A stretch of 64,000 nucleotides of DNA from Phoronis australis (taxonomy: Eukaryota > Animalia > Phoronida), in contig NMRA01000015.1 of assembly GCA_002633005.1 (NCBI GenBank), positions 689,748-753,747 of the forward strand, in the 5' to 3' direction. Each line of letters begins with the position of its first letter. Position 1 is the stretch's first letter. Both the position numbers and the translations under genes were made by a program. Of the stretch, positions 1-12,500 are shown piece by piece. The notes under the pieces are model-generated. The model did not search any database. It saw nothing but the letters and a program-made list of their open reading frames with translations, and was not told where the DNA came from.

Positions 1-412
1 CTACGTCGTTCGTTCGTACGGAAGAACAGCTAGGGTTAACATCAGCCATCGTTGGGCTGTAACAGAATCATTATGGGGGAAATGGAACTTAGAGCAGAAG
101 ATGGAGACTAACACCGAGATATTATAAATAAAAGTAGACAATAATAGACACACGTGAAATACTACAATCTAGAGAAATTATTATTGTACTGGTCTCTGGT
201 ATACACTATTTACAATTCATGTCGGCGCATGGATGTCCAGCGTCCCTACTGCCAATGAAAGATTTTATAGTCGGTTGAGACTGCAGTGAAGTAACGAGTG
301 TTTAGTCAGTGATGACTCACTCGCTGTCAAAGTTGCGATAACCTTTGACCGCCACCATGTTACTTTGACCTAATTTCCAATTTATGACACAGTTGCAGAG
401 GCGCCACTTATC

Positions 413-555
413 ATGTCTTTCAAATCTGGTGCTTTTATCGCTGTCATTACTGCCATTGCTGTAATTCAGATTCCGAAATTGTTCCAGCCAAACTTACAAC
501 CAACTTATGGAGGCCACGTTGAGCCAGGATTTGAGAACATCGCCGAATTGTTCAG
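413..555 (+). CDS. Beta-lactamase-like gene exon 1 ([47 protein letters not shown])
   Basis: ATG at 413, open frame to donor AG|GTAGTG at 555/556; signal or anchor-like hydrophobic segment followed by the GxVEPGFE motif. Confidence 0.88.
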
Positions 556-3500
556 GTAGTGATCGCTGGCAGTGCCACAGTGGCATAGACCATAGACAAC
601 AGATTCGCAACTCCCGACATTTTGCGTTGAAATATCCGAGAGGAGGCGCCACTCTCCTAAATTACCAATCTTAGCTTCCGGTTATAGTATTGTGACGGTA
701 AATTCTTGCATCTTACTGTCAACTGTAACTCTAGTACAACGAAACAAAATAATTTTGGCATTGAAACAAACGCTGTTCAATCAAAGTCTTCCAATTGTAA
801 GGCTCTTGGTATCGTGAGTACTTTTGGCTATGCTACAGGTCGTGTAATTGCAAAATTCAAACTTCAGTGCGGACCGATTTTGTGATTTTGTCGTCTGCTT
901 GCACGATATGACAATTATGACATAGTCATAGAGCAACTACGAACAGTTTGGTATTAATGGTTCATGTACTGAGAAAAATACAATTTAAGCGTATCTGTGC
1001 ACAAATTTTTAGGGATACAGTTCGTTAAAAATTATACGACATTGATTGTTAGATAATTTCTTTAGTTTATGCACTTCTCGTATTGTCTAAAAATGCAATT
1101 TGTGTTGTGTGCGGATTGCGTCTGCTGTGCAGTAGCTAACCAAGCGACATCTTTAAAAGAACAAATGATAGAAAATTTGTTTTAAAAATTATATGAGACC
1201 CCAGTACTCTGCATACACCCCCGTCCTTTGTTTCTAACTCAACCCATTTTTTTTTAAAAAAAGGGATGAACTGTCTCTGACATATTGATAGTGCATTAAG
1301 TTTTTATAATAATGCGTGAACCGTGTTGAATGCATTCAGATGAACTGGCCTCATTGATTTGAACAGAATATTAATTAATTGTAACAATATAAAGTTTTGA
1401 AAGTAAATTTATTGTGTACTAGCAGCTACAGGATTCCCTTAGAATCAAGCTTATTAAAGCTTTTGGCGCTTGGTTATCTGATTGGCCGAGACACTTACGG
1501 TGGCAAAATGGTAGTTCATGTGCACTGTAGAAATGTTATCAGTATCGTATTTTCATTTGGGCCAATCTGTTGATGCAGTAAATTTGCTTATTTATGTCCA
1601 TTCTCATGTGTTCACAACTTGAACCTGTTGTGCTATACTGTCGGTGTTGGCACAAGGACCAACGTGCTGCTTACTCAAAATATGAGATTTGTTTTAGTGG
1701 CTATTTTAACTTAACAAAATTGTGATGTTGAGGTAAATAAACAAACTGGATGATTTTCATCCCCCGGGATTTTATCACGGGCATTTTTTTCCAAGTGCTC
1801 AAGTTTTCCGAGGCACTGTCATACTTTTAGGGTGGAAGAGTTTCGCAGGACTTCCAAGTCTGGCATTATTTATACCTCACCAGAATTGAAGAAACGATAC
1901 CCATGTTTAAACCAGGAGCTGCATAGGGTGTTTTTTGTGTAGATGTTTTTCTGTGCTGCGCATCTCTATAAAATGAGCCTGTCTGTTCATAAAATACCAC
2001 GCGCAGTGGAACTGAAATTCATACAAGGTAAAAATTGTGATTTCCAAGTGCTCAATCTGAGTTGTCATCTCACATAAATATCAAAATTATACTAATACCA
2101 CACAAAGGTATTCCATAAACTTGAAAAATAGCACCCATGTCAGTGGCATGTCTCCACCNNNNNNNNNNNNNNNNNNNNNNNNNNNNNNNNNNNNNNNNNN
2201 NNNNNNNNNNNNNNNNNNNNNNNNNCCCCCGTTACCTGTTTGCTATCGCTCAGTGTCCATTTCCACTGCTGAGCACTGAGGTTATTCGTTATTCTAGATT
2301 GGGAATGTGTTCTAGCTACCTTGACAGGGAAAGGATTTTTTGAAAATCGTGATCTTCGCTTTCGTGAATTTTTAGCTCTGATCAAGGATGTATATGTGAA
2401 ATGTCAGAGTTAATGTTCACAAATCAACTACATGCAGGCTAAACCAGAGTTGGTGATGTTTTTAAAGAGAAACTTGGTTTGTCTACAAATTATTTTGTCA
2501 TTTCATTCGTTTTATTATTAACCGTTTATTTTTTTCTTTTCTTTTACCGACTTCACCCTCGTCTCAGGCTCTGAGGCTCTGTCGAGGGTACTGTTACAGC
2601 CCTGTCAGCCGTTATACTTTGAACATGATGGTTAGAATGGTTTATTGAAGAAACCCCCAGTAGGTTGACCAGTGTCAAACTAAACTCTGATGGGATAAAC
2701 ACCAGCACACCTTACATACTAATGTGCATAACAAAAGTGGCTCTGACAAAAGCTCTGAGCAAAGCAGCACAGTACTGTCAAATTTATAGAGGTTAATAAT
2801 AAGAGTCACAATTATAGTTTATAGTAACACAACAATAGTGACACACAAACTAAACAACAATTATGGTCCTTATTGGGGGCCTTTTCCCTCAGTTGCCGTG
2901 TAATTATGGTCCTTGTTAGGCCCCTTTTCCCACAGTTGCCGTGAAGTTCGCTAAGAGCACAGGTTACACTTGCCCATTTAACAAACTTTGAAACAAGTTT
3001 TCAAATTTTCCTGCAAAATTTTGAAGGTTTTCGAGTGTTATAGAGCATTACTTTGTTTCAGAGAACTGAGTGGGAAAGTCGTTTTCAGTATCTCTTAGTA
3101 GACCAAAACTGGATTTAGTATCCTTACCATTTTTCAACAATTGGTGATCTTATTCACCAACCAATAATTGATATAAATGTTCACATATTCCTCCGATTAT
3201 TTGTCACATCTTACAGTAAAGGAGAAAATGAGTGATCACCAGGCCAGTAATTACAAAAATTCTGTAAACTGAACAAAAAAATTCACCTGATTGTCCTAAT
3301 AAATATTCAATTCCAAGTTCACGCATACACGATCTTGAGATTAAGCAGGATTCCAAGTTCACACACAACTGTTAGACTATAGCATGCAAGCTTGAGAGTA
3401 CTTGTCAGTTATCTTTCAAAACGACTCTAGTTTCTGACAAATAAGCCTCAAGTAGAAAGTGAAAATATATCAGCTATATTTCAATAAGCATGACTTAAAG

Positions 3501-6500
3501 CTTCATTTAATCTATTTTCTGTCCAAAAATTGATTTAGGCCTCTTTCTGTTATAAAACTGGTCCTTTACTCAGTTTAGAAGTAAAATCGGAAAATTCTGT
3601 ACTTGATCTGAAGAAGTGATCAACTGACAGTTCCTTGCAAGACCAAAAATCACTTGTCATCTGAGAATAGAACACGTTGCTCAAGACATAGTGGTGAGTG
3701 GTGTACATCAAAAGTTAGTTTCTTTTTGCTGGAACATGGGTTTATAGTCATGGGAGTCACATTAATGGCTGTTTTGTAACCAGGTGGAGAGTGAATTTGA
3801 GTAAACATTACAACAATACTTATTAGGTGTTACAGCTGTTGTATCCAATCAAATTTTAATTTCAGAAAAAATATTGAAAGTGGAAAAGAAATGGGTTCTT
3901 CATTTGCTGCCTTTTATAAAGGTATTTAATTTTAATTTTGCTAATCATTGATCATTTCATTCCTGTGCTGTTCTCTGATTGTGTCTACTAGTGGAGTATG
4001 ATGTATCAACACAGTCTTCCTAAAAAGGAAATGTCACGCCTCTCTTGGTGTCTATTGTTGCACTCAGTAAATTTAGCAAAAGTTTAGGGGCAAGGTTACT
4101 GAACAAATTTTCAAAATCTGAACGCACAATCAGCAAATATGATAAAAGCTACTACAATTAGCCTAAGACCATAGGGGACTGGGGCTATAGCCCCCCACTT
4201 ATTTCAGTGCTCCACCACCCATGTAAGGAGCATTTAAGCTCGAAGATATAGGAACCAAGCAGTGCTCACTGATTTTTTCTTTGACCAAAATAATCTAGTT
4301 TTATTTCAGTTGAAATTGACAATTTTTGGATTTCAATAAAATTCAATAGCAGCTTGATACACAAGCCTCTGATTGTCTTAAAATGGCTGTAAACCTTGTT
4401 CTCATGTCCAAACAACTTCCTTGTTCCCAGCCATATTTACACTTTCAATGTTTCCAGCCATATTTGCATTTTCAAGACAACATTCATTTGCTGCATTCTA
4501 GTCCTATGTCAGAAATGAAATAGGTTACAATAATTCGCCTAGACAAATCCAGCGTGATGCCTTTATCTCAAACTATCGAGTCTGGGCTGAAAAGTTCACG
4601 CTGTCACTGACCTGACACCTATTGAGCCTGGTCTGAAGCAAATGATTCTAAACTGACTAAGGACTACGATCAAGGCGGTAGCCAGCATTGCGCAAGGGGT
4701 GGTTCGAATTTCTGGAATGGTGAACCTTTGATATTTTGCAAAGATCGACCTGGTATAGTTTCAGTAAGGTCCCACTGGCGGATTTAGGGGGGGGGGGCAA
4801 GGGGCTATGGCCCCCTAAAATTCTCCCAGATTCCATTTGGCAGTTCGGGGTGCGAATTGCTGACTGGCATATGCGCGCAGGGGGGCTCGGAGGGTGAATG
4901 CTCAATGCATAGCCTTGAACAAACCCCATTTACCCATTTTCTTATTAATAAGTTCCACAAACCCCCTACATTCCTACATTTTAGGCGTGTGGTGAAATTC
5001 TGGTTATTCTTGTGCCCTGGTCTCCCCTAAATCCTGGATCCGCCCCTGGGCCCCTGATGCAGCTTAATTAGAGGGAAGGGAAATCTATATGTACAACGAT
5101 GACTCTCAACTCTATGTTCCTGAGATGAGACGGAAATCGGGATGCCGCAACAGTTGCTCGTAAAGAATGGGACTCCAATTCGGATGTTGTAATGTGGTCC
5201 AGAACATGGAGAACGTTCTCGCGTTACCTTCTGCCAAACTTTCAAATCAGGCATGCTTAAAAACATATTCGGACTGAATTTTTTGGTCTGAGAATAACTT
5301 TGAAATTTTTATCTGGTTGGATTTTTGCGTGTTGCTTACATCGCTGCAAAGGGAACAGCCCACTATTCTGAAGGTTCACTATTTCGAAGGTTCACTACTC
5401 CGAAAATATCTAAAATTTCGAACACAGGTTTAATTTTTATACTTTTGCATGCAAAAGTACACGATACTTCAAATCAATTATCAGATGCACTGAGTGGTGT
5501 ACCTATTCCGAAAACAACGTCCGGGTACTGATTTCTTGCGCTTACGAAATTACCAGCATGTTTTTACAAATATGAAAAACTAAGTAACTCTTGCATTTTT
5601 AACAGGATGCCAAACCCGGATTTGGCCTATTGACAGATTCTAAAAATGACTTTCCCATCCAGTTCTCTAAAAAAATGATACTCTGTAACCATTGGTAACC
5701 CTCAAAAGTTTGCTGAAAATTTTGAAAACTCCTTTCAAAGTTTGCTAAACGGAAGAGCGAAGAAAGATTTTTGCGACTTACACGGCAACTGTGCTAAAAG
5801 TCCACCCACCAAGGACTATATTGTCCAAACTTTGACATGGGATGTATGAATTTTCAATTGATTCCTTCCTTATCAAGGATTGTAAACACTATTTTGATGA
5901 TTTCAACCAATCCTCGTCCTCTCACATGCTGATGCATCATTGGCGTCAATCTTGAAAGATAAAGCAGGAATCAGCTAAGAATTCATATCGTACTATCTCG
6001 CGATTTGGATATTCTGGTCCTTGGCGGGTGGTGTTTTCCCACAGATGCTGCGTAACTGGCTAAAAGCGTAGGTCACGCTTGCCTCTTTAGCAGAATTTGC
6101 AAGGAGTTTTCTAATGTTTCTCAAAATTTTAGAGGGTTGTCGAGCCATTAAAAAACATTTTGTTTCATAGAACTGGAAGGGAAAGTCGTTTTTAGTATCT
6201 GTTAATAGGACAAAACCGGGTTTGGTATACTTTTAACTTGACACCAGTGATGCACTAGCAGGTGACAGAACGAGGTTTGGTGGAAATCATCTCAGAGTTA
6301 TCCTTTTAAAAGAATACGAAGTAAGGATATTAATGAATTATTACATCACCTGGCGGAACCGCGCTCACAGCCGGTTGAAACTAAATAAAAAGTTGGAAGG
6401 TTATTGTGTCCCTGCTAGTCTTCACAAAGTCAGAGAATCACATTCGGTTTTCTTAAATTTAAAACTGCCGTTGGTCACCACAACCCTGACCCGTGCCCCA

Positions 6501-9500
6501 GATGTTGTCCCTGCTTGAGAATGAGTCGTTAGTTAGGCTCAAGAATCACATTTGATAGTGATTGGAACTAGGCTCATTTGTAAACAATGTAATCAAAGTT
6601 TTAAGAACTATTCAACTCTTGCACAACCTTTAAATGGTTACCAAATGGAAACATGAAATACAATATTTCATTCATGTCTGTTCTGACTCAATAGCAGACA
6701 GTCTGAGTATTGAACCTTCGGAGTAGTGAAACTTCAGAGTTGTGTACCTTTGGAGTAGTGAACCTTCGAAATAGTGACACGTAACCTTGGAAATCTTTTC
6801 CATCAAGTTTGATGCTCGTATGAAGTCTACGAGGCTATGCACCATTGCCACTGATTGACAAGGGAACACTTTCTTCATTGACAAAAGTTTTATTAGGTCT
6901 AAAACCTGCTTTTCCCTAATAATTGAGCATGCTTGTTTCCTCAGTGCAAGAACACGTGGTAGTAAAATGTCTGATTTTTGTTTGAGCAACGACAGAGGAC
7001 TGCCTATAGTGAACTTACCGTCGGCGTGTACTGGATTTAAAAGAATGGAAACACACACACGTATACATGTGCATGCATTTCAATCCACCAGTCCACAATC
7101 AAAGTGGACATTAGATGAACAACAATCCAGTGGCACAATTTAGAGGGGGGGCCAAGAGGGCCATGGCCCCCATAAAATTCTCCCAGATTTCATTTGGCAG
7201 TTCGGGGGTGCGAATGTCTGACGGGCAAAATCTTGGCTAATACTCTGCCCTGGCCCCCCCAAACTCAAAATCCTGGATCCACCCCAGCCATCATTTGACG
7301 ATCACCTAATTCGAAATTTGAAATGCACCTTACCATACTAAGCTAGCAAGTATACTAAAATAGCAGATAGCAATCATGTTTTTTGCTGTTTTGTTTCTTG
7401 GTCAATTTTAATACATTCACGCCACACTACTTTTTGAGAGCTCTTTTGCTGCTACTTATAGACATTTACTTCTAGACACCCTTGTTACCCTATCGTTGGC
7501 CAAATGGGTGAATGTTATGCTGTTAAATTACACGCGCAAGATAATTCTTGTTAGAGGCGTAACTAATTACGGCATAAAGAAATTTTTGTGGCGTAAAATA
7601 ATTATTTACGGCGTAAAGTAATTTGCAGCGTAAACTAATTATTTGTGGTGTAGAGTAATTACATGCAGCGTAAAGAAACTTTGTATGGCTTAATTTTGCA
7701 GTGTAAAGTAACTTTTAGTGCCGCAAATAGTAACTTAACGCCATAATGTAATAATTATTACTTTACGTCATAATTACGTTACACCTCAAACAAATACTTT
7801 ACGCCGTAAATAATTACTTTAAGTCGTAAACAATTTATTCGTCTAAGAAGAATTGACTTACGTATGTTATTTAGGAGCGTAATGTTCACCCATCTGGCCA
7901 ACGATAATATCGACGATAATGGTAGCTACCACGCATGCTCAATGCCAATGAATGACGTAAAGCCTCCTCCAATCATCTGCACGATCCTGCCATATGCGCA
8001 AACACCACTCGGGCGAATTTGGGCCCTGGGGTCGGATAGGAACCGATGATTACGCGGAGCACCTTGAATCATAAGCAAATTCTTATAACTTAGTTATAAT
8101 AAGTTACCGTAGTAAGTACAAGTAGCTACAACAATTTTGTTGTTGTCCATCTATATCCTATCTCTAACGGAAAGGCTGGGGCTGGACCTTTTCCGCGGGG
8201 GGGGGGTTGTGGTTCGATGGAACCCCCTGAATCCCCCTGGCTACGAGCCTTACGAGATCATTTTCATAATGGTTAGTGGCCTAAATCAAAAATTTATTTT
8301 TTACAGAAGTTGGGATGTATTGCCACTTTAACACTGCAATCACTTCACAATTTTAGGACGACTGGTGGTCAACCTGTGGGGTGGGTACGCAGATGATGAG
8401 TTTCGAATCCCGTGGTCGGAGGACACCATTGGAAATTTTTATTCAACCACCAAAGCGATGGGAGCCATTATGATTGGCATTCTTGTTGACAGGTATTTAA
8501 GGTTATGTAGGAGTGCATTGACAAGTATGTGTATTCAGTGAAGTACATCTATCTTATCTAGTTTAACCCAGTGAAAGAACATTATTTTCTCAAAGTAGAA
8601 TTTGGCCATTCTAGCACTGATTTTTTCAGGTGACCATGTCTTTTTATACAGCCACATGTACATATGTGGGAACATATTGCTGTCATCTCTATCTGGACAA
8701 CCATTGTTCTTCTGCTGTTGTATTTGATGGGTCTGACTATTGTGGCACCCATTAGTGGCAATTTTTGTTGTACAGCTGTACCTCCTGACTGCCTTGTAGG
8801 ATCTTTGTGAATATTACAGGTGTATTCTTATGAACTTAGAAACAGATGATAACGTGTTTCAGACACATCCAAATACCACAGACTGTGTCTTGTAGTAAAA
8901 AATCTATTTTTTACATTTGCCTGTGGATCTTCGGAGTTCATTAAATTAATAAACAAGTAGGTTTTTATTTAGGAGATGACAAGGCCTTCCCATTTTTGGA
9001 CAGCTTGTACACATTCTGCGCCACCTAGTCACCATTTTTGTTATTGTAATAAACCTCCTAGGAGCATACCAATTGTGGTGCAGTCGTGGGCGCATTTAAA
9101 CTCTTTGTGTGGGCCTTTTTGTAACGTTTGAAAGAGCGAAAAGTACATTCAAAGCAAAAAGGTGGCATTTATAATATGACCAAATGTCATTTGATACAAA
9201 TTTCAAGATGAAATCTCAAAAACAGGCCGTCACAGATTTCTGAATTATCACTTTGTTTTCGTAATATGCAACTCATGCAAAAATGGAACAGTGCATAAAG
9301 CACAGTACCGGTATCTGAAAGTTTCATTCGAATCTGATAGCCATTTCTGACATATGATGTTTTGAATTTGGCCACGTTTGGACATTTTGTTACTAGGGTT
9401 TTACACAACCAGACAGTGACTTTTTGCCGTCGGCATGTCAGGACATTTCAAAATGTCCTGACAATGTTGTTTAATGTAGAATTTTGTGGAAAAGTATGAC

Positions 9501-12500
9501 TAATTTATAAAATTCCCCTTTTCTGCTACATTAAGTTCTAGATCACATAATCCTTGTTGCACGTGTTAAAGAGATGAAAACACGTGAAAGCATTCATGTG
9601 AACATGTTCATCATACATTCCATTGAAGGAAATATAATGTTCACTCTATCATTTTCTGCTCTGTCAATATTTCAGAGGACTGATAGATTACGAAGAGACT
9701 GTTGCCACCTATTGGCCAGAATTTGCCCAGAATGGTAAAAAATACATCAAGGTGAAGGAACTGCTCAGTCACCAGGTACAACCATCATTTTCATATTTGT
9801 TGCAAATAATGGAAACTTTGCCAAATGTTTCTTTATGACGTACACAACTTACAAACCGAGATAATGCCAGACTCAAATTTCTGAATTTTTATTTTTGTTG
9901 ATAAATTTTATCTTAAACCAAATAGCACTTGACTGCCGTATTGTGCACTAAATAGATTAGATACCGTATTACCACATCTGAGGGTGCGATTACTCAAGCG
10001 TAAATAATTCTTGCAAAAATAATCAAGCTAAAAAGTACCCAAACTTTTTAGGCTTGGCCAATATTCAAGCTTTTTGGATTTATGCTTGGTTAAAATTACT
10101 CCAACTTGCACAACAATGGTTACCTAGACGCTAGATTTTTCCCAATTTGAAATACAATGTAGAAAATGTGTAACTGGCCTAGTAGCCTGATTCAAGATTT
10201 TTTGACACACTACCTGATTTACCTTTATACTCATCGTCGGTCTTTTTCAAGCTAACTGAACAATGGTTAGTAAGAAAGCAAGGGCATTTAAGGTTGAAGA
10301 AAAATATCAAATAAGTTGATGGTGAATGAAGTTTGATCAAACTTGGTCAGTTTTCATTTCACAGAATGTTGTGAACTATAGTCACTATCAATGAAGTCAA
10401 CTATAGTCACCGTCAATGTAGTCAACTATAGTCACCATCAATGTAGTCAACTATAGTCATTATCAATGAAGTCAACTATAGTCACCATAATGTAGTCAAC
10501 TATAGTAACCATCAACGTAGTCAACTGTAGTCACTTTCAGTGTAGTCAACTATAGTCACTTTCAGTGTAGTCAACTATAGTCACTATCAATGTAGTCAAC
10601 TATAGTCACCATCAATGTAGTCAACTATAGTCACCATCAATGTAGTCAACTATAGTCACCATCAATGTAGTCAACTATAGTCACCATCAATGTAGTCAAC
10701 TATAGTCACCATCAATGTAGTCAACTATAGTCACCATCAATGTAGTCAACTATAATAGTCACCATCAATGTAGTCAACTATAATCACCATCAATGTAGTC
10801 AACTATAATAGTCACCATCAATGTAGTCAACTATAATCACCATCAATGTAGTCAACTATAATAGTCACCATCAATGTAGTCAACTATAATCACCATCAAT
10901 GTAGTCAACTATAATAGTCACCATCAATGTAGTCAACTATAATCACCATCAATGTAGTCAACTATAATAGTCACCATCAATGTAGTCAACTATAATCACC
11001 ATCAATGTAGTCAACTATAATAGTCACCATCAATGTAGTCAACTATAATCACCATCAATGTAGTCAACTATAATAGTCACCATCAATGTAGTCAACTATA
11101 ATCACCATCAATGTAGTCAACTATAATAGTCACCATCAATGTAGTCAACTATAATCACCATCAATGTAGTCAACTATAATAGTCACCATCAATGTAGTCA
11201 ACTATAATCACCATCAATGTAGTCAACTATAATAGTCACCATCAATGTAGTCAACTATAATCACCATCAATGTAGTCAACTATAATAGTCACCATCAATG
11301 TAGTCAACTATAATCACCATCAATGTAGTCAACTATAATAGTCACCATCAATGTAGTCAACTATAATCACCATCAATGTAGTCAACTATAATAGTCACCA
11401 TCAATGTAGTCAACTATAATCATCATCAATGTAGTCAACTATAATAGTCACCATCAATGTAGTCAACTATAATAGTCACCATCAATGTAGTCAACTATAG
11501 TCACCATCAATGTAGTCAACTATAGTCACCATCAATGTAGTCAACTATAGTCACCATCAATTCAAATGGTCACCCCTAGTCAGCCACTGCAGCCAAACCA
11601 TTGCCCTCTAAGTCTACCGTAACAAGGATGCGACCATGCTGCAGACTTAAATGTACTCTCACGCTGGCATCCACTGTGTATTTGGAAGTGAACTGAATGA
11701 TTTCATTTGATAAACATTATCAAAATAATCAACAAATTGTAGCTAATTTTACAAATTATGCTATTTATGAAATGATGATGAATCTTGTACCATGAATGAT
11801 ACTTTATTAATGTAGATGGCTTATGCACACTTCATCGACAAAATGGTATTCATGTGCTTTCTGCAGTACCAGCTTCAGTACGCATGGATTTTTTATTCTT
11901 GTTGAATGGCATAGTTAGGTTTAGTTGTGAACTGAAAACAGATTTGGTGTAACTTACCTATTTAGATTGTTTTATAAAAAGATTTAGACAACTTTTTTGC
12001 ATGTCACCTGAGTTGCATAGTTTTATTGGAAAATTTAGTAGCAGACAGACAGACGCACTCGCACGCACACACACACACACACACTCATGTAGTTGACAGA
12101 TTGGTAACACTATCAACTTGCATGTTTTGTTATTTTTCAGGCAGGGCTGGCTGCCATCGATGTTCCTTTTAACATTTCTCTTATCCAGGATGACCCTCAC
12201 AAGCTAGGTGATATTCTGGCTCAACAGAAACCCCTCTGGATACCAGGTAACACTTTTATTTACCCAACAGGTAGGTTTTAGACATGTAAGGTTTATTAGG
12301 GTAAAAATCCTACAATTTGACTTGAAAATAATTGCTAATATTTAAATTGTACAATATTTCAAAGGTTTACTTCCTTGGTGATGACTTGCGTGCTATTCAA
12401 GTACTAACGGTGAATTAACATTTTCTTCAACTGTTGACATACTTAACAAAATTAAATTCGAGTTGTCTGCCATTTTGAGTTCCAAACTGAAGTTTGCTGT

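Noticed and set aside
10375-11560. CRISPR-like regular array
   Set aside because: Units are contiguous tandem copies with no unique spacers, there are no cas genes, and the context is a eukaryotic intron.
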